DNA of 64,000 bases from positions 39,151-103,150 of the forward strand of contig WVWN01000078.1 of the NCBI GenBank assembly GCA_011773985.1, given 5' to 3'. The translations under genes and the position numbers were made by a program. The notes beneath the pieces were generated by a model that worked only from the letters and a program-made list of their open reading frames with translations, ran no database searches and was not told the origin of the DNA. Shown here piece by piece: positions 8,095 through 16,723 of this stretch (position 1 is its first letter; the number at the start of each line of letters is the position of its first letter). The stretch comes from Candidatus Zixiibacteriota bacterium (GTDB lineage: Bacteria; RBG-13-66-14; B26-G2; WVWN01).

Positions 8095-9545
8095 GCGACG
8101 AAGAGCGAGGAGGCGGTTTGACCAGTAAGCCGGCGTCGCCGGCGTTCGCCAAACTACGGCCCCGTCCCGACATGCGGGCATCTGTGTGCGAGGGCCTCTT
8201 CGGCCAGATGTTCTTAAACCTCGCCGGGGCCTGGTCGGCGTTCGTCACGGCGCTGGCGTTGAGCCTGGGGGCCGGCAGCCGGTCTTTCGGCCTGATCTTC
8301 GCCGCGGGGCCGGTGGTGGCGTTTTCGCAAGCGCTGGGGCCGGTGCTGCTGCCCCTTTTCGGCGGCTCGCGGCGGCGGCTTGTCGTCGCGGCCAGCGCGG
8401 GCGCGCGCGGCATAATTTTCCTCATCCCGGCGGTAGTGCTTTGGCTCGAGCCGGATGCGGCGCTCGCCCTCTTTATCGCTTGTTTCCTGGCCTCGCAGGT
8501 TTTAACCGGCGCCATGATGAGCGTGTGGACGAGTTGGATCGGCGCCATCGTCCCGGAGCGCATCCGCGGCCGCTTTCTCGGTAAGCGGACGCAACTGATG
8601 ATGGCGCTTGGGCTCGTCGTCGCTTTCGCGGCCAGCGTTTTTAAGGACCTCTCCGTGCCGGGGCGTGAAACGGGCCTGACGGGGTTTTTTCGCCGCCTGT
8701 TCGGCATCGCTGGCGGCCTGTGGGGCGCGGGGGGAGAACGGTACGCCTACTTTATAATATTCGCCTTTGCCGGCGCCGCGGGCCTCGCATCCACTCTCCT
8801 GTTGTTGCGACAACGCGACCGGCCGGCCCCTGCCGTACGCTTTTCGCTCCGCTCGTTGGCCGAGCCGCTCCGCGACCGCCGCTTTCGTCACCTGATATAT
8901 TTCTTCGGATGGTGGTGGTTCGCGGCGTCATTCGGCGCGCCGTTTTGGCAACCGTTCTACCTCGAAGTGTTACGCATGTCCCTAACCGCGGTTCAGATCT
9001 ACAACTCGCTTTTGATAATCGCGATGGCGGCGACCGCGGCTTTGTGGGGCCGTCTGTTAGACCGCTTCGGCAACAAGCCGGTCTTCCGAGGGCTGATATT
9101 CTTGGCGACGGCGAACTCGTTCGTTTACGTTTTCATGCGGCCGGACCTTTACTGGTGGGTTTGGCTGGAGGCCGTCACGTCGGGCGCGATGTGGGGTGGG
9201 GCTATGGTCGCGACGATAAACTTTATCATCCGCCTAAGCCCGGAAGCCAAACGGGATAGCTATGTCGCCCTGTACGCCGTCGTTGCCGGCGCGTGCGGCC
9301 TAGTCGCGACCGTCGGCTCCGGTCAGTTCGTGGCGATGCTGCCGCGCTACGTCTCGCTCGCCGGGTGGCAGCTTCTGAATATGAAGGTAGCGTTCCTCAT
9401 AACCACGGCTTTTCGCCTCGTTTCGCACGTTCCTATGTATTTAGTAAAAGAACCTCGGGCGGTGCCCTTCCGTCACATGATGCGCGCGGTGGCGGCGGAC
9501 GTGCGGCTGTGGTTTTTGCGATTCCGACCCGGCCCCGGCAAATGA
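8091..9545 (+). CDS. MFS-type membrane transporter
   Basis: 484 aa with about 12 predicted hydrophobic helices. ATGA overlap with the preceding sucD-like gene suggests co-transcription. Confidence 0.55.
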   Translation: MSDEERGGGLTSKPASPAFAKLRPRPDMRASVCEGLFGQMFLNLAGAWSAFVTALALSLGAGSRSFGLIFAAGPVVAFSQALGPVLLPLFGGSRRRLVVAASAGARGIIFLIPAVVLWLEPDAALALFIACFLASQVLTGAMMSVWTSWIGAIVPERIRGRFLGKRTQLMMALGLVVAFAASVFKDLSVPGRETGLTGFFRRLFGIAGGLWGAGGERYAYFIIFAFAGAAGLASTLLLLRQRDRPAPAVRFSLRSLAEPLRDRRFRHLIYFFGWWWFAASFGAPFWQPFYLEVLRMSLTAVQIYNSLLIIAMAATAALWGRLLDRFGNKPVFRGLIFLATANSFVYVFMRPDLYWWVWLEAVTSGAMWGGAMVATINFIIRLSPEAKRDSYVALYAVVAGACGLVATVGSGQFVAMLPRYVSLAGWQLLNMKVAFLITTAFRLVSHVPMYLVKEPRAVPFRHMMRAVAADVRLWFLRFRPGPGK

Positions 9546-9549
9546 TGTT

Positions 9550-9969
9550 ATGAAAGAGGGAGAACGGAAGATAAAGGTCCTCTTCGTTTGCACCGGCAAC
9601 TCCTGCCGCTCGCAGATGGCCGAGGGTTGGGCGAACCACTTGGGCGCGGGCCTCGTCGAGGCATACTCGGCGGGCGTATACCCCGTCGGCGTCGCGCCCC
9701 TTACGGTGAAGGTCATGGCCGAAGCCGGCGTGGATATTTCGCATCAGCGCGCCAAGGCCGTCGACGAGTTCCTCGGCGAAGAGTTTGACTACGTAATTAC
9801 ACTATGCGATAATGTACGGGAGTTGTGTCCGTACTTCCCGGATGCGGCCAAACGTTTCCACTGGCCTGTAAAAGACGCGTTCGGCCTGGACCTCGACGCG
9901 TACCGCCGCGCCCGCGACGAAATCCGCGCCCGGGTGGAGGCCTTTTTAAACGAAATCAACGGCCCGTAA
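9550..9969 (+). CDS. arsC: arsenate reductase (thioredoxin-coupled, LMW-PTP family) / low-molecular-weight phosphotyrosine phosphatase
   Basis: VLFVCTGNSCRSQMAEG CX5R P-loop plus a downstream TLCDNVRELCPYFP cysteine pair typical of Bacillus-type ArsC. 139 aa. Confidence 0.65.
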   Translation: MKEGERKIKVLFVCTGNSCRSQMAEGWANHLGAGLVEAYSAGVYPVGVAPLTVKVMAEAGVDISHQRAKAVDEFLGEEFDYVITLCDNVRELCPYFPDAAKRFHWPVKDAFGLDLDAYRRARDEIRARVEAFLNEINGP

Positions 9970-9991
9970 GTAACCGCCGGGCAAGAGGTGG

Positions 9992-10339
9992 ATGACGGCC
10001 GAGGCGCCCAAGATAACGCGGCAGCGCGAGCTCGAGGCCGAAATCAACTTCCTTATTCCGCGCCTCGTGATGTTGGGGGCTAAGTTCGTCGTCGTGCACG
10101 GCGCCGTCGCCCGGGGGACGGCTCGAGCCAATTCGAAGTTAAATCTGATCGTCGTCGCCGCGAGCGATCTCCCCTTCAAAGAGCGCCAGAAGTATTTCCG
10201 CGAAAAGCTCAAGGGCCGCGAGCCCCTCGAGATAGTGGTATACACGCTCCCGGAGTTCAACCGCGCCAAGGAAGAGAGCACCCTCGTTAAGCACGCGATG
10301 CGCGAAGGCCGCGTCGTCTACTCGCCCGAGCGGGGGTGA
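9992..10339 (+). CDS. minimal nucleotidyltransferase-fold protein with a degenerate catalytic motif
   Basis: HGAVARGTARANSKLNLIVV aligns to the Pol-beta NTase G[SA]xxRG...hDhDh signature, but both catalytic Asp are replaced (S-K-L-N-L). No HEPN partner is adjacent. Confidence 0.4.
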   Translation: MTAEAPKITRQRELEAEINFLIPRLVMLGAKFVVVHGAVARGTARANSKLNLIVVAASDLPFKERQKYFREKLKGREPLEIVVYTLPEFNRAKEESTLVKHAMREGRVVYSPERG

Positions 10340-10374
10340 ATATTCGCCGGTTTCATATTACGTAGGAGCGGCGT

Positions 10375-11151
10375 ATGGCCGATAAGTGGTTCACAAGCAT
10401 AACGGACGTTGGGCCCAACAAAATACGCCTCAGCGGCTACCCCATCGGAGAGCTGATGGGCCGCAAGAGCTTCGCCGAGGTCGTGTGGCTCACGCTGCGC
10501 GGCGAGCTGCCGTCCGAGGCCGAGGGGAAGCTCCTCGATGCGGTCTTGGTGTCGTCGGTGGATCACGGCGTAACGCCGCCGTCCACGTTGGCCGCACGTA
10601 CGGCGGCCTCCACGGGCGCGCCGGTGAACGCGGCGCTCGCCTCGGGCGTCCTCGCCGTCAACCGCTTCCACGGCGGCGCGGTGGAGGGGTGTATGGCGGC
10701 TCTCGCCGAGGCAGTGGCCCATATGAAGGAGAAAGACGTCTCGCGTGAGGAGGCTGCGGCGGCGACAATCGGACGTTACGGCGAAGGTGGGCGTCGCGTA
10801 GAGGGTTTCGGCCACCGCCTCCACGACGACGACCCGCGGGCGGCGCGGCTATTCGCGTTGGCGGAGGAGCTGGGCCTAGCGGCCGAAGGTATCCCGATGG
10901 CCCGGGCTTTCGAAACCGCGCTTCGGAACCTTGCGGGTAAGGGGCTGCCATTGAACGTCGACGGCGCCATCGGCGCGTGCCTTTTCGACTTGGGTTTCGA
11001 GCCGCATACTGCCAACGCGTTTTTCATTCTGGCGCGAATGCCCGGGTGGCTTGCGCACGTCGTCGAGGAGCAGACGCGCGAGCGGCCCATGCGGCGCATT
11101 GAGCCGTCGGCGTGGGCGTACGACGGCCCGGGCGAGAGACATTTGACTTAG
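10375..11151 (+). CDS. citryl-CoA lyase-like protein (stand-alone C-terminal half of citrate synthase)
   Basis: 258 aa that align to the C-terminal catalytic half of citrate synthase: HGGAVEGCMAAL, GFGHRLHDDDPRAARLF, LPLNVDGAIGACLFDLGF...ARMPGWLAHVVEE. It lacks the N-terminal ~170 residues, as in Hydrogenobacter Ccl (~259 aa). Confidence 0.65.
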   Translation: MADKWFTSITDVGPNKIRLSGYPIGELMGRKSFAEVVWLTLRGELPSEAEGKLLDAVLVSSVDHGVTPPSTLAARTAASTGAPVNAALASGVLAVNRFHGGAVEGCMAALAEAVAHMKEKDVSREEAAAATIGRYGEGGRRVEGFGHRLHDDDPRAARLFALAEELGLAAEGIPMARAFETALRNLAGKGLPLNVDGAIGACLFDLGFEPHTANAFFILARMPGWLAHVVEEQTRERPMRRIEPSAWAYDGPGERHLT

Positions 11152-11164
11152 CTCGAGGTTCAAT

Positions 11165-11698
11165 ATGGAAGATAGAATTAAAGAGTTGTTGCCCGAGTTG
11201 GCAGATATCGAGGAGGGGGCGCTACGCGATAAAGTAGTCGCGGTGTACAAGGCAGCGCTCGAGCGCGGCGGCTGGCAACCGGAAGATATGGCACGCCTCC
11301 CGTCCACGCTTTTAATAGATCCGCCGCCCGCCACGTACGTCGAGCACACGCGCGCCGTCACGCGGTGTGCCGTCGCCGCGGCGGAGGCGATGGCGGCAGT
11401 ATACGGTTCCCGGGTGAATATAAACCGCGACCACCTGGTCGCCGCGGGCCTTCTTCACGACGTCGGCAAGCTCTTGGAGTATCGCGAGGAGGGCGGCAAA
11501 TTCGTCAAGTCGGAGCTGGGCCGGATGCTCCGGCACCCGTTGTCTGGTGCCGCGCTCTGCTACGGGTTCGGCCTTCCCCCGGAAGTAACCCACGTCGTCG
11601 CGACGCACGCCCGCGAGGGCGAGGGCGCCCGGGCGACGCCGGAGGCGATAATAATTCACCACGCCGACTTCATCAACTTTGAGCCGTTTAAATTGTGA
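11165..11698 (+). CDS. HD-domain phosphohydrolase
   Basis: HTRAVTRCAV...AGLLHDVGK conserved H...HD metal-binding residues. 177 aa. Confidence 0.6.
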   Translation: MEDRIKELLPELADIEEGALRDKVVAVYKAALERGGWQPEDMARLPSTLLIDPPPATYVEHTRAVTRCAVAAAEAMAAVYGSRVNINRDHLVAAGLLHDVGKLLEYREEGGKFVKSELGRMLRHPLSGAALCYGFGLPPEVTHVVATHAREGEGARATPEAIIIHHADFINFEPFKL

Positions 11699-12963
11699 AG
11701 AGTGGCAACGCGCAAACGTTCGCCGAAAAGATATTTTCGCGTAAGACGGGCCGGCCGGTGGCCGCCGGTGAAATAGTCGTGCTCGAGCCCGACCGTCTCC
11801 TCTCCCACGACAACGCCGCGGCCATCGCGAAGACCTTCGCGGAATTCGGCCTGAAACGGATTGTGGACCCGGCTAAGGCCGTCATCGTCTTGGACCACTG
11901 CGTCCCGGCGGCCTCGGAAAAATATGCCAAGAACCATCTAGAGATCCGTGAGTTTGTGGAAGAGAACGATATCGAGAACTTCTTCGACGTCGGCGAGGGG
12001 GTGTGCCACCAGGTCTTCGCAGAACAGGGGTTCGCGCTGCCGGGCGAACTTATTCTGGGCGCCGACAGCCACACGACGTCGTACGGCGCTTTCGGTGCGT
12101 TCGCCGCGGGCATAGGTCGGACCGAGATGGCGGCGCTCTACGCTACCGGTAAATTATGGCTTATGTGCCCGGCGTCGCTAAGGATTGAGGTAGCGGGCCA
12201 GTTCGGCGCGGACGTTTACCCTAAAGATTTGATTTTATACATAATAGGCGACCAGGGCGCCGACGGCGCGCTGTACAAGTCGGTGGAGTTCGCCGGGCCG
12301 ACGGTGGCGGCGGCGTCGCTGTCGGGGCGGATGACGCTCTGCAATATGGCCGCGGAGATAGGCGCCAAGAACGCGTACGCCGCCCCGGACGAAAAGACGC
12401 GGGCCTTCCTCGACGGCCGCGCGCGTCGTGAGTACGACGAGGTCTTCCCGGACGACGGCGCCGCGTACGAGCGAACGCTCTCGTACGACGTCGCCGGCCT
12501 CGAGCCCCAAGTAGCGGCCCCCCACCGCGTAGACAACGTCGTCCACGTAACGGAGTTGGTGGGTACGCGCGTGGACCAGGTCGTCGTCGGGACCTGCACC
12601 AACGGCCGCGTCGACGATTTAGTGGTGGGGGCGAATATCCTGCGGAACCGGCAGGTGGCACCGGGCGTGCGCGTCCTCGTCTTTCCGGCGAGCCGGGCGG
12701 TTTACCTCGAGGCCCTGGGGATCGGCGCGCTGGCGACGTTGGCCGAGGCGGGTTGCGTAATTATGAACCCGGGTTGCGGGCCGTGCCTCGGCGCCCACGA
12801 GGGAATCCTGGCCGCGGGCGAGGTTTGCCTCTCGACCGCGAACCGCAACTTCCGCGGCCGCATGGGCTCGACGGAAGCCGAGATTTATTTATGCTCGCCG
12901 GCGACCGCGGCGGCTTCGGCTTTATGCGGAAGGATTACCGACCCCCGGACGGTGAGGGCGTGA
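11695..12963 (+). CDS. aconitase-family large subunit (3-isopropylmalate dehydratase / homoaconitase LeuC-like, 420-aa type)
   Basis: ILGADSHTTSYGAFGAFAAGIG, VVGTCTNGRVDD and NPGCGPCLGAHEG Fe-S cysteine ligands. 422 aa. Confidence 0.8.
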   Translation: MKSGNAQTFAEKIFSRKTGRPVAAGEIVVLEPDRLLSHDNAAAIAKTFAEFGLKRIVDPAKAVIVLDHCVPAASEKYAKNHLEIREFVEENDIENFFDVGEGVCHQVFAEQGFALPGELILGADSHTTSYGAFGAFAAGIGRTEMAALYATGKLWLMCPASLRIEVAGQFGADVYPKDLILYIIGDQGADGALYKSVEFAGPTVAAASLSGRMTLCNMAAEIGAKNAYAAPDEKTRAFLDGRARREYDEVFPDDGAAYERTLSYDVAGLEPQVAAPHRVDNVVHVTELVGTRVDQVVVGTCTNGRVDDLVVGANILRNRQVAPGVRVLVFPASRAVYLEALGIGALATLAEAGCVIMNPGCGPCLGAHEGILAAGEVCLSTANRNFRGRMGSTEAEIYLCSPATAAASALCGRITDPRTVRA

Positions 12964-12967
12964 GCGT

Positions 12968-13096
12968 ATGGAGTCGTTAGTGTTTATAATCGTAATCATC
13001 TTGTTGGTCCTGGCTATTTTGCTCGTCGTCGCGCTCGCCGCCATAATGCTGGCGACGTGGCTATCGTCGCGGGGTAAGCGAGATGATAAGAGGTAA
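12968..13096 (+). CDS. tiny hydrophobic ORF between the aconitase-family subunit genes (possibly spurious)
   Basis: ATG at 12968 to TAA at 13094-13096, 42 codons: MESLVFIIVIILLVLAILLVVALAAIMLATWLSSRGKRDDKR. One predicted transmembrane helix plus a basic tail. It exactly fills the LeuC-LeuD-like gap and overlaps the LeuD-like start. Confidence 0.2.
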   Translation: MESLVFIIVIILLVLAILLVVALAAIMLATWLSSRGKRDDKR

Positions 13097-13577
13097 GGTT
13101 TGGAAGTACGGCGACGACGTCAACACCGACGTCATCTTCCCGGGGCGTTACACGTATACGATAACGGACCCGGGCGAAATCGCCTCCCACGCTCTCGAGG
13201 ACTTGGACCCGACGTTCGCGAAGAACGTTAGGCCAGGGGATATCGTCGTAGCCGGCAAAAACTTCGGCTGCGGCTCGAGCCGCGAGCAGGCCGCGCTGTG
13301 CCTGAAGTACGCGGGCGTGGCCGCGGTGGTCGCGGCATCGTTCGCGCGCATCTTCTTCCGCAACGCCATCAACGGCGGCCTGCCGACCGTAACCGCGCCC
13401 GAAGCCATAGCACGTATAAACGCCGGCGACGAGATAAGCATCGATTTCGAGGCGGGCGAATTGACGGCGGCGGACGGCTCGAGTTACGAGTTCGCGCGGC
13501 TACCGGCGGAGGTTGTCGGCATTCTCGAGGCGGGTGGCCTGGTGCCGTGGGTCAAAAAGGAGTTGGGAGCGAAATGA
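13083..13577 (+). CDS. aconitase-family small subunit (LeuD-like)
   Basis: MIRGKVWKYGDDVNTDVIFPGRY and GKNFGCGSSREQAA swivel-domain motifs. 164 aa. Confidence 0.8.
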   Translation: MIRGKVWKYGDDVNTDVIFPGRYTYTITDPGEIASHALEDLDPTFAKNVRPGDIVVAGKNFGCGSSREQAALCLKYAGVAAVVAASFARIFFRNAINGGLPTVTAPEAIARINAGDEISIDFEAGELTAADGSSYEFARLPAEVVGILEAGGLVPWVKKELGAK

Positions 13578-14035
13578 AGCGTTACGCGATCACACTCGCT
13601 GTGTGTGCCGTCGTAGCGGCGGCGTGCCAGAGGGTTGGGGACGCGGCCGGCGCCCCGGAGGCGGGCCGGCCCGTGCGGTTGATATTCCCGGAAGCGGCGC
13701 GCGCGGAGACGTTACTTAAATCGTCCGGCATCCGCATCGAGAACCGCAACGACCTCATACGCGAATTCCCGGAGGGATGTGTGTGGCACGCCGTCTACAG
13801 CAGTACCGGCGCCGAAGTCATCCTCGAGGCGTACGCATTCGCGGACGACGGCCGCGCGCGGGAGTACGGCGCCGAGCGCAACGGCGAACTGCTGGCGATG
13901 GATATCCTGCGGGAATTCGCCGTCGCGACCAACGGGCCGCTCGTCCTCGTGGCGTACTACGACCCGACGGAGGACGCCGCCGCCAAGAGGGATGCGTTGG
14001 AGAAGTTCGTCGAGGCGTTTTCGGGCGAGGGGTAA
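13574..14035 (+). CDS. putative lipoprotein / secreted hypothetical protein
   Basis: ATG at 13574 overlaps the LeuD-like stop (ATGA). MKRYAITLAVCAVVAAACQ signal peptide with a lipobox-like AAAC. The six-frame ORF extends upstream in-frame through leuD (an artefact). Confidence 0.45.
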   Translation: MKRYAITLAVCAVVAAACQRVGDAAGAPEAGRPVRLIFPEAARAETLLKSSGIRIENRNDLIREFPEGCVWHAVYSSTGAEVILEAYAFADDGRAREYGAERNGELLAMDILREFAVATNGPLVLVAYYDPTEDAAAKRDALEKFVEAFSGEG

Positions 14036-14203
14036 CTTTCCCCGAATGAAAGAATGGCCGTGACGTAAGGTATTTTATCGAATGCGGCTGGTGTTGCTTT
14101 TTTGGGTGGGGTATGGTATTATAATTAAAGAGAGCCAGTTTTAAATTCGCGTTACGATTAAACTCGCCCTAAAAGCAAAGTGATTTCGAAGAGAGGAGTG
14201 GTC

Positions 14204-14947
14204 GTGTTGAAAAAAGTGTTCTTAATCGCGATGGCGGTACTCGCGGCGTCCTCGTGGGCGGCGACGCGCGGCGTGCTCGTCGAGCACTTCGGTTGGACCG
14301 GTTGAGGTTCGTGTCCGGCCGCGGAAAGCGACTTTAGCCGGCTGATAGATAGTTATCCCCGCACGGTCTTATGCCCGATCCAGTGGATGTTCTACGTTTC
14401 CCCCCACGTGAGCCAACGCTTCTCCACTTACTACGGTCAAACGTACGTACCCAACCACTTCACAGACGGCGTCCTCAACCGCATCGGTTCCGGGAATTAC
14501 AGCAACTACGTTGCCGATTATAATACCCGGCGCGTCATCTCCGCGCCTTTGACGGTAACGATTCCGGAGCGTAAGCTGGGGTCCAGTACTGCGTACGCCA
14601 AAGTTCGCGTGGCGCTCGAGGAGAACCTCCCCGCCGGCCATACCATCTACGTCGGCCTGTGGGAGGATAAAGTCGTAGTGGGTGGTACGTACGGGACCAC
14701 GCCGGTCCGCGTCATGGAACGCGACCTAGCGACGACCAGCCTCACCATCGCCAGCAAAGGCCAGACGCAGAATTTCGAGCATACGTTTACGCTTCAAGGT
14801 TCGTGGAAGCGCGCCGACCTCGGCTTGACCGCCTGGGTGCAAGGTCCCAACACCGGACGCGAAGTACACAACGCCGCAACGGTAAAGTTATCCGGCTCCA
14901 GCGTTTCGCCTTCGTCGTTGGGGCGGGTCAAGGCGCTCTTCAATTAA
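14204..14947 (+). CDS. secreted protein of the SLG[RK]V[KR]ALF C-terminal-tail family, interrupted by an in-frame TGA (pseudogene or recoding site)
   Basis: Strong RBS GAGAGGAG (14191-14198), then a GTG at 14204 opening a 33-codon signal peptide (V)LKKVFLIAMAVLAASSWAATRGVLVEHFGWTG. In-frame TGA at 14303-14305. The same frame continues through ORF 14387..14947, ending ...SPSSLGRVKALFN. Hairpin terminator follows. Confidence 0.5.
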
Positions 14948-14972
14948 GTAACTCCCACCCTAACGACTATTA

Positions 14973-14997
14973 AGCCCGCCGTAACGGCGGGCTTTTT
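14973..14997 (+). terminator. rho-independent terminator
   Basis: AGCCCGCCGTAACGGCGGGCT hairpin followed by TTTTT, 25 nt after the stop at 14947. Confidence 0.6.
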
Positions 14998-15014
14998 GCC
15001 TTAAGCGAGAAGAC

Positions 15015-15815
15015 TTAAGCGTGCGCGTCAACGGCAGCTTCACCGCGTACGGTTACGATAACGTCCTCGAAAGGTATGTCCTTGCCGGACGCCTTGAGCG
15101 CGTCTTTCGCCACCTGCACTAAGCCGAAGCAACAGGGCACTTCCATATGTAAAACCGTGACTTTGCGTACGTCGTTCGTACGTAGGATCGCCGCTAGCTT
15201 GTCGCGGTATAACGCGGCGTCGTCGAATTTGGGACAACCGATGACCACAGCTTTGCCGCGGAGGAAGTCGGGGTGGAAGGCGGCGTAGGCCAAAGGCGCG
15301 CAATCGGCGGCGATCAACAACTCGGCGTCGGCGAAGTACGGGGCGTTGGGGCTTGCGAGGTATAGCTTAACGGGCCACTGGCGGAGTTCCGATTTCAACT
15401 TCCCGTCGAAGGTTGCCTCGGCCTCGACGCATTCTTCGTCGTCCCCCGCCCTAAAATCCATAGTCCGCGCGCCCGGGCAGCTGAGGGTGTGGCTGCCGGC
15501 GCCATGGCTTGCGGCCGGCGTTCGCTCGGCGGCGTGCCCGTGGCGGTGCACGCCCCCTTCACGGCCGAGTTCTTTCAGGTGTTCTTCCACCGCGCCGGCG
15601 TCGAACTCTTCCGCGGAGCGCTCCTCGATGGTTATGGCGTCTTGCGGGCACTCCCCCAGGCAGGCGCCCAAGCCGTCGCAATAAGTTTCGCTTACAAGGC
15701 GCGCCTTGCCGTCGACGATTCGAATGGCCCCTTCGGCGCACGACGGGACGCACAAGCCACAGCCGTCGCACAGTCCTTCGTCGATCTTAACGATTTTGCG
15801 CGTAACCTTAGCCAT
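15015..15815 (-). CDS. 4Fe-4S dicluster ferredoxin-domain protein with a Cys-rich C-terminal domain
   Basis: N-terminal CDGCGLCVPSC and CDGLGACLGECP cluster motifs. C-terminal ADCAPLAYAAF...VIGCPKFDD...MEVPCCFG. Downstream of crp/fnr on the same strand. Confidence 0.55.
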   Translation of the reverse strand: MAKVTRKIVKIDEGLCDGCGLCVPSCAEGAIRIVDGKARLVSETYCDGLGACLGECPQDAITIEERSAEEFDAGAVEEHLKELGREGGVHRHGHAAERTPAASHGAGSHTLSCPGARTMDFRAGDDEECVEAEATFDGKLKSELRQWPVKLYLASPNAPYFADAELLIAADCAPLAYAAFHPDFLRGKAVVIGCPKFDDAALYRDKLAAILRTNDVRKVTVLHMEVPCCFGLVQVAKDALKASGKDIPFEDVIVTVRGEAAVDAHA

Positions 15816-15934
15816 TTCGGGCCTCCTATTTAGCGTTAGATTATTCTTTTTTCTTCAAGCTAAGTATAATAATTTGCGGACAAAAAAACCTTGACTTACG
15901 TCAAGGCTCTTAGTTTTTTTGGCGGGGCCCCCGG

Positions 15935-16627
15935 CTAGTCGTCTTGGCTACCGGCTATAAGGCGGAGCGAGGGTTTGTCCAAGATAATTAGCCGCTGGCC
16001 CTCGGATGCGACTAGGCCCGCGTCGGCGAAGCGACGCAGCGCGCGGCTCAGCGTCTCGGGGATGGTCCCCAACGCCGCGGCGAGCGACGTTTTGGTCACG
16101 TCCAAAGCGACGTATTCGCCTCCTTCCGCGTCGGCCCGCGCGTGTTCCAGAAGGTAGGAGGCGAGCCGCGCCGGCACGTCTTTAAGGGTAAGCTTCTCGA
16201 GGACCGCGCTAATCTGGTTAAGACGTACCGACAGGGCGGCTACAATGTTCAGCGCCAAGTTCGGTTCGTTTTTTACGAGCGCGACGAACTCGCGGCGCGG
16301 CACCTCGACCGCGGCGGCGTCGTCGAGGGCCTGCGCGGTGGCGGGGTACGGGACGCCCGCCAGCGCCGCGGCCTCGCCGACCAGGTCCCCTTCCCTCATG
16401 ATTTTTATAATTAACTCGCGGCCGTCGATCGATTCTTTGAAGACCTTAACCTGCCCCGACGCGATGACGTAGAAAGCCGCGGCGTCGTCGCCCTCGCGGA
16501 AAAGCGCCTCTCCCTTCTCGAGCTCGCGGAAGACGCAGCGTTCGGCGACGCGGCCCACGTCGGCGGAGGCGAAATCTTTGAAGAGCGGCGACGCACGCAA
16601 TGCGGCGATCATGGCGGCTTCGGCCAT
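15935..16627 (-). CDS. Crp/Fnr family transcriptional regulator
   Basis: cNMP-binding beta-roll (FREGDDAAAFYVIASGQVKVF) plus a C-terminal HTH (TKTSLAAALGTIPETLSRALRRF). 230 aa. Confidence 0.8.
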   Translation of the reverse strand: MAEAAMIAALRASPLFKDFASADVGRVAERCVFRELEKGEALFREGDDAAAFYVIASGQVKVFKESIDGRELIIKIMREGDLVGEAAALAGVPYPATAQALDDAAAVEVPRREFVALVKNEPNLALNIVAALSVRLNQISAVLEKLTLKDVPARLASYLLEHARADAEGGEYVALDVTKTSLAAALGTIPETLSRALRRFADAGLVASEGQRLIILDKPSLRLIAGSQDD

Positions 16628-16723
16628 ATCGATAACCTCGCCGGATTTGAAAATTATTGAGAACCGGCCTATTTTAGTTTAATATATAATTATAATTTAA
16701 GGCAAGTCGCGAAGCGAGGTCCT

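Noticed and set aside
14094-14125. Promoter upstream of gene 14204 (TTGCTT ... TATAAT).
   Set aside because: The hexamers are present, but the spacing is 20 nt for TTGCTT/TATAAT or 12 nt for TTGGGT/TATAAT. Neither fits a canonical 16-18 nt sigma70 spacer, so it is not reported as a feature.
14303-14305. A possible genome-wide reassignment of TGA (for example code 25 or code 4), which would explain the in-frame TGA in gene 14204.
   Set aside because: TGA terminates many conserved genes here at the expected position, for example the S4/Hsp15-like protein, the spt-like gene, the large aconitase subunits and the GatDE-flanked genes. The other interrupted gene uses TAA/TAG. The high GC content is also unlike known UGA-recoding lineages.
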